A DNA stretch of 10,924 bases from Planctomycetota bacterium (GTDB lineage Bacteria > Planctomycetota > GCA-002687715 > DRQF01). Position 1 is the first letter of the stretch. Each line of letters opens with the position of its first letter. The position numbers and the translations under genes are program-made. This document shows, one piece after another, positions 6,294 to 10,924 of this stretch. The stretch spans positions 1-10,924 of the forward strand of contig JALTLO010000164.1 of NCBI GenBank assembly GCA_027001995.1, given 5' to 3'. The notes below the pieces were generated by a model that worked only from the letters and a program-made list of their open reading frames with translations, had not been told where the DNA came from and did not search any database.

Positions 6294-7592
6294 TCACTCA
6301 TCCATCAACATAAATTTCAAAACGGCCTCAACCGTCGTTTCGCCCCCAACTGTCCCCCGCCCAACAACCTTGCCAGACTTCTTGCGGATGTTGAGGGTTT
6401 CACACTCCAAGCGCAGTTGATCCCCGGGAACCACCGGTTTTCGAAACTTAATTCTATCGATAGAGAGGAGGACGGCGACCTTTCCCGTGTTCTCCATACG
6501 TCTCAAGAACAAGACCCCAGCTAGTTGAGCCAAGGCTTCCACCTGGAGCACACCGGGAAAAATAGGCTGATCAGGCCAATGACCCTGAAATTGGGGCTCA
6601 TTGAAAGTCACATTCTTAATGGCCACGGCTTTTTGAAAGCCATCGATAGAAACGACACGATCAAGAAATAAGAAAGGGTAGCGATGAGGGATGATCTTCA
6701 AGATTTCCTTGATGTCCAGACCAGTTTCCCGTTGGACCAAGCCCTTATTCTCCAGCTCGTCAATCCTGGCTGCCAGCTTTCTTACAAGCTTAGCATTGGT
6801 GGCATGCCCTGACTTCGAGGCGATGATCTTGGCCTCCAAATCCATTCCCAAAAGTGCCAAGTCACCCAGAAGATCCAGAAGCTTGTGCCGAGCAAATTCA
6901 TTGTCGAATCGCAATGTGTTCTCGATCACCCCTTGGTCTCCCACCACCAAGGTATTGTCAAAGTCAGCACCTTTGCCGAAACCAGCCTCTTGGAGCTGCT
7001 TCGCTTCTTGCTCTAAGCAAAAGGTCCTTGCAGGAGCCAAGTCCTGAGCAAAGTCGTCAACTTGGGAATCATAGCTCGCGATTTGGCTCGAGATCGCCGA
7101 ATCGCTGGGATAATCCAGGGAGTAGCTAATCTTAAGCCCGCCCTTGTGAGGCAAGGCCACAATGTGGGCATCCCCATCTTCAATCACGATGGTTTCATCA
7201 AGAACGAAAGTCTTGCGAGGTGTTTTTTGGTCGACGATCTTGGCGTGCTGGAGCGAAGTGAAGAACTCCTGGGAGCAGCCCCCAGCGGCAGGAAGCTCCG
7301 AGGCGTTCATTGTCACCCGCAGATTGTCGATCCTGAGAGCCTGGGCAGCCGCCAAGAAATGTTCAACAGTATGAATTTCTGTGGGACCAGATTTCAGAAC
7401 TGTTTGCCGACTCCTCAACACCACCGACTTATGGTGAGCTGAAATCGCCACAGGCTCCGTCAAATCAGAACGAACAAACACAATGCCCGTGTCAACGGGG
7501 GCGGGCTCCACCAATAGAGAAACAGGTTCTCCACCATGAAGCCCGACACCATCGATGGTCACGGGCTCAGAAATCGTTCCTTGGCAACGCAA
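6294..7592 (-). CDS. lpxC: Bifunctional UDP-3-O-acyl-GlcNAc deacetylase / 3-hydroxyacyl-ACP dehydratase (LpxC-FabZ fusion)
   Basis: N-terminal LpxC: GVGLHGG, PAP.DTGIVF.R.DL, TVEH, APARTF, HKLLDLLGDL (Zn ligands) and KSGH. C-terminal FabZ: IPHRYPFL.LDRV, KNVT.NEP.FQGH.P..PI.PGVL..EA.AQ and FRKPVVPGDQL. One continuous frame; TTG start 9 nt after the skp stop. Confidence 0.97.
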   Translation of the reverse strand: MRCQGTISEPVTIDGVGLHGGEPVSLLVEPAPVDTGIVFVRSDLTEPVAISAHHKSVVLRSRQTVLKSGPTEIHTVEHFLAAAQALRIDNLRVTMNASELPAAGGCSQEFFTSLQHAKIVDQKTPRKTFVLDETIVIEDGDAHIVALPHKGGLKISYSLDYPSDSAISSQIASYDSQVDDFAQDLAPARTFCLEQEAKQLQEAGFGKGADFDNTLVVGDQGVIENTLRFDNEFARHKLLDLLGDLALLGMDLEAKIIASKSGHATNAKLVRKLAARIDELENKGLVQRETGLDIKEILKIIPHRYPFLFLDRVVSIDGFQKAVAIKNVTFNEPQFQGHWPDQPIFPGVLQVEALAQLAGVLFLRRMENTGKVAVLLSIDRIKFRKPVVPGDQLRLECETLNIRKKSGKVVGRGTVGGETTVEAVLKFMLMDE

Positions 7593-7601
7593 AGTTCAAA
7601 C

Positions 7602-8204
7602 CTATTTCATGCGTCTTTCGATTTCCGCAGTGATGTCCAAGTCAGGGTGACTGTAAATCACGGCACGAACCAAGATATTGGAAGAAACTTCTTCCATGGA
7701 TAGACGTTTGAGATCGCCACCCTGCTTTAAGAAGACCATGTCAATGTTCTTCTCTTGAGCATATTCCGTGATCACATGAACTGCCTTTTGGTAGATCTCC
7801 GCGGTCAGTTTTGCCTTTTGGCGGTTGCTCTTGAGTTCTGCGGCTTCCCGACGAACCTTAAACTCAGCGGTCTTGATCGCGATGGTCGTTTGAGCCTTCA
7901 GGTAGTTCTGACTCTCAGGTGGATAGATGTCCAGATTGGTTTTCTGGGCTTCAATTTCATTGCGCAAAATAGCCAACAGGTTGCGCTCTTGCCCCTGAGT
8001 CTCACGGAGGTTGTCAAGATCTCCTGAGTTACGCAGATAGTCGTTGGTGATAGCCTGGATGTCGACAACGGCTGTCTTGGGAGCTCGAACAGAAGCACCG
8101 CGATCTGCGGAAACCAGGCTCGAACCACCACTCAATTCAAGACCCAGAAGTAAGGACAAAGCAGCGATGATCACCAGAGTGACCGAGAAAGTAGTCTTAG
8201 ACAT
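7602..8204 (-). CDS. skp: OmpH/Skp family periplasmic outer-membrane protein chaperone
   Basis: Hydrophobic N-terminal signal segment, KTAVVD beta-strand, long helical coiled-coil middle, and C-terminal YA.EKNID.V...VIY..PDLDIT.EI. Directly downstream of bamA. Strong SD GGAGGAG before ATG 8204. Confidence 0.88.
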   Translation of the reverse strand: MSKTTFSVTLVIIAALSLLLGLELSGGSSLVSADRGASVRAPKTAVVDIQAITNDYLRNSGDLDNLRETQGQERNLLAILRNEIEAQKTNLDIYPPESQNYLKAQTTIAIKTAEFKVRREAAELKSNRQKAKLTAEIYQKAVHVITEYAQEKNIDMVFLKQGGDLKRLSMEEVSSNILVRAVIYSHPDLDITAEIERRMK

Positions 8205-8234
8205 GGGATTCTCCTCCCTATTTAAGAAACGCAA

Positions 8235-10622
8235 TTAGAACTTCCGGTCAAGGCTAAAGCTAATGAGCTGTGTGCGGTCGTTAGCTTCTTTGACCAAAGG
8301 AAAACCAAAATCGATGGCGAATGGCACAGGCCCTAAGAAGTCAATCTTCAACCTGATACCAAAGCCCACCGCAACGCGAAAATCGTAAAGTTGATCTGAG
8401 TCCAACTCAGGCGACAAGGTTCCTGTGTCGATGAAAACGACACCCCCAAGAACCTTCTCGTAGAGGGGGAACAAGTAGTTCAGCGATCCAGTTAGCAAAA
8501 CCTTGCCGCCAACGGGGTTACCGTTCTCTGTAGGCCCCAAGCCACGAAATTGGAAGCCACGAACAGAACCTTGTCCACCGGCAAAGAAACGTTCATAGAC
8601 AGGAACATTGTTGGTCCCGCCCCATTCCTTGACGTAGGAAGCGCGACCATTGAAGTAAAGAATGTGCTTGCGGTCATCCGCGTCCGTATGAAGCGACTGA
8701 TAGTATTCGCCGTTAAAGGTGAACTTATTGAAATTAACCTCACCACCCAGACCAGCGAATTCGTGGCTCACGTCGATACGATAACCATCTGAGGGGTGCC
8801 GGTAATTATTGAGGTCCGCAATACGAACACTTCCTGTCAAACTCGAAATAAGCCTTTCGCCTTCAAAGTCAAAGGCGATCTGTGGGGCATCATTGTCGAG
8901 ATTGTCCAGATCAACGTATTCGAAGCGATAGCGCAGGGCCGCAGAGATATGAAAGCCGAATCGACGGCCCACAGCGAAGTTAAGTCCGGTGCGCGTTTCA
9001 TCCCAGTTGCGAAAGCGACGTAGCCTTCTGAAGATACTGGCGTTGAAGTCATACTCGCTGTCAAAAATGAAAGGATGGGTGTAAGTGGCCTGCATCTGGA
9101 AGATATTGATGCCGGGATAGAAACCTAGCTCGAGGGTCTGGCCGCCACCGGTGAAGGCATCAAAAATATCGCCGAAGCTCTCTGGAAAATCGAGGGGGTC
9201 AAAATTCTCTTTGCGGTAAACAATGGCTCCCACCAAACCAGCATTGGAATTGATGCCCACAGCAAAACGAATCGAACCGGTATCAACTTCTTCTAGCTGA
9301 ATTTCGATGTCCTTGATATTTTCCTTCTCCGTATCTTGGACAGTAATGAAGACGTTCTGGTAATCATCAAAATCAGCAACGGTAATATCAGTCTTAATGA
9401 GACTGACACTGGCAGGATCGAAATAGCGCAAATTAATGATGCGGTTTTGTGCCCGATTAAATGTATTCAGGTTGAATGGAGCCCCGGGGACCAGATCGTC
9501 CAAGAGACGGCGAATGACGCGATCTTGGGTCTCGACGTTGTGCTTGATGCGAACATCCCCCACACGAACCCTCTGCTTCTCATCGACCACAATAACAACA
9601 TCAACTTCATGGCCTTCAAAAGGAATTTTTGACCGATCGAGGACCCGCACATTGATGAATGCTTGATCGTGGTAGCGGCTAACAATGAGGTTGCGGTCCT
9701 TCGCCAGATCAAACGCTTGCTCGTAACGCCCCCCCACTTTGCTCTTCATCTCTTTGCGGAATTCAGCTTCATCAATGCGAGTCATCCCCTCCAGGGTGAT
9801 GCTGCGAATGATATAGGGTTCATGTTCTTCAATGCGGATGGTGAGCGTGACATCTTCCTTGTCCAAACTAAAGGTACGATCAACGATGGTGATTTCCGCA
9901 TCTAAGAATCCATGCCCGGCATAGAAACTCTCCAAAGCAACGATGTCCGATTGAACCTCTTTTTCGACGTAGGGCTGTGAAGAGAGAAAGCCGGCTTCAT
10001 CCGTTGTTGGCATGGCCTCCAAGAGATCACTCTTTTCAAAGGTGGTGTTGCCAACAAAGTTCACTGTGTCGATAGAAGTCTTAGGACCTTCAACAATTCG
10101 GAAGATAACGGTGGTAAACTTCTCAACGACTTTCTCATAGTGCACCTCAACAAAGTGAAAGCCGTCCTTGAGGTACTTCTCCTTGATGCGCTGCTCATCC
10201 AATTTCAAAGTCAGATCATCTGCGAGACCACCATCACGGGAGTCAACGATTGTCTCTAACTCTTCGCGATTGATCTCCAAGTTGCCAAGGAAGAACAAAC
10301 TGCCGATGCGCGGATTCTCGGAAACGAAAAACTGAATCTTGACGCCATTCTTCCGGCTCAAGATGCGTTCAGAGATGGTGCTGAATAGTTTGAGCTTCTG
10401 CACCATGGTCTTCAAATCTTCGTTGAGGTCCATCCGGCGAAGTGGTTGGCCAACCTTGGTCTTCATCTGGGCGAAAACAGATTGCTTATTGGCAAGCTCT
10501 GCGCCGATGAACTCCATATCGAGGACAATCCTGCCCTCGTGCTGCGGTGTTTTTTCATCTTGGCCTTGCACAGTCATAGCTGTGGCCAGCACCAAAATGG
10601 TGACTATCCAAATTCGCAACAA
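8235..10622 (-). CDS. bamA: Outer membrane protein assembly factor BamA (Omp85)
   Basis: Signal peptide, repeated POTRA-like units (I..I.F.GN, Y...G.., I.E.P), and a barrel with ERFFAGG.GSVRGF, G.G.R, GP...DFG.P and terminal Phe (SLDRKF). The ORF track starts at 10685, but SD AAGGAGG (10636-10630) favours TTG 10622 (GTG 10625 or TTG 10619 are also possible). Confidence 0.96.
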   Translation of the reverse strand: MLRIWIVTILVLATAMTVQGQDEKTPQHEGRIVLDMEFIGAELANKQSVFAQMKTKVGQPLRRMDLNEDLKTMVQKLKLFSTISERILSRKNGVKIQFFVSENPRIGSLFFLGNLEINREELETIVDSRDGGLADDLTLKLDEQRIKEKYLKDGFHFVEVHYEKVVEKFTTVIFRIVEGPKTSIDTVNFVGNTTFEKSDLLEAMPTTDEAGFLSSQPYVEKEVQSDIVALESFYAGHGFLDAEITIVDRTFSLDKEDVTLTIRIEEHEPYIIRSITLEGMTRIDEAEFRKEMKSKVGGRYEQAFDLAKDRNLIVSRYHDQAFINVRVLDRSKIPFEGHEVDVVIVVDEKQRVRVGDVRIKHNVETQDRVIRRLLDDLVPGAPFNLNTFNRAQNRIINLRYFDPASVSLIKTDITVADFDDYQNVFITVQDTEKENIKDIEIQLEEVDTGSIRFAVGINSNAGLVGAIVYRKENFDPLDFPESFGDIFDAFTGGGQTLELGFYPGINIFQMQATYTHPFIFDSEYDFNASIFRRLRRFRNWDETRTGLNFAVGRRFGFHISAALRYRFEYVDLDNLDNDAPQIAFDFEGERLISSLTGSVRIADLNNYRHPSDGYRIDVSHEFAGLGGEVNFNKFTFNGEYYQSLHTDADDRKHILYFNGRASYVKEWGGTNNVPVYERFFAGGQGSVRGFQFRGLGPTENGNPVGGKVLLTGSLNYLFPLYEKVLGGVVFIDTGTLSPELDSDQLYDFRVAVGFGIRLKIDFLGPVPFAIDFGFPLVKEANDRTQLISFSLDRKF

Positions 10623-10775
10623 CACCACTCCTCCTTGACCAAACCGGTCGATTCCCTCGGGGCAACGGACATTAACCACGATCATGCAACAGTTTCCATC
10701 CCTGAAGCTGTCTTTCTGTGGCCTTTGCCTGCGGCACCGTACTCAAAGGGGGGCCCCTTCTCCTGGGATCAAAAT

Positions 10776-10795
10776 GGTTGGCTTTTCTACCAACC
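10776..10795. promoter_or_regulatory. Inverted repeat overlapping a candidate extended -10 upstream of bamA
   Basis: GGTTGG (10776-10781) - 8 nt - CCAACC (10790-10795). The - strand reads TGGTAGAAA (TGn + TAGAAA) inside the repeat, with TTGAGT about 15 nt upstream. Confidence 0.25.
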
Positions 10796-10924
10796 GCTGC
10801 CCCGACTCAAAATTCAGAACCGAAACCCCAATTAGGGCTCCAAAGCCCCCACATGGCACCCTTTGAATCCATGAATAACGAAAACCGCGTCCCCAACCCT
10901 CCGTGGAATTCCCACCCTTGACTC

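Noticed and set aside
5724..6524. 266-aa + strand ORF spanning lpxA, the spacer and fabZ
   Set aside because: Antisense to two well-conserved genes, with no recognisable motif; typical shadow ORF.
10854..10868. TGGCAC...TTGA resembling a sigma54 -24/-12 promoter
   Set aside because: The spacing is wrong (3 nt instead of 5) and there is no TTGC at -12.
10446..10921. + strand ORFs of 129, 60 and 67 aa at the right end
   Set aside because: They overlap the bamA 5' end or promoter region, are Pro-rich without recognisable domains, and lack convincing SD sequences.
1..10924. Mobile elements, CRISPR arrays, tRNA/rRNA, defence or other novel multi-gene systems
   Set aside because: Nearly all of the sequence is accounted for by recognisable housekeeping genes, and I saw no repeat arrays, transposase/integrase motifs or cloverleaf structures.

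Overview
This is a housekeeping region from a diderm bacterium. The rpsB, lpxA, Skp and BamA sequence styles suggest Planctomycetota or another PVC lineage, but that assignment is pattern recognition and has not been verified. It contains two conserved blocks on the minus strand. The first is an outer-membrane/lipid A block: bamA - skp/ompH - fused lpxC/fabZ - lpxA - a Gfo/Idh/MocA oxidoreductase (GnnA-like). The second is the translation block rpsB - tsf - pyrH - frr, with frr running off the left edge. lpxB sits alone between them on the plus strand, divergent from rpsB and convergent with the oxidoreductase. I see no mobile element, CRISPR array, tRNA/rRNA or clearly novel protein system. 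The items most worth a second look are: a ~200-nt, extensively base-paired intergenic region between fabZ and lpxA (candidate cis-regulatory RNA, partly resembling GEMM/c-di-GMP-I); the inverted lpxB, with no lpxD, lpxI/lpxH or gnnB in the cluster; a possible diaminoglucose lipid A pathway; a ~100-aa charged tail on S2; a short, Cys-rich EF-Ts; motif substitutions in LpxC/FabZ; and a 25-bp palindrome in the rpsB leader.
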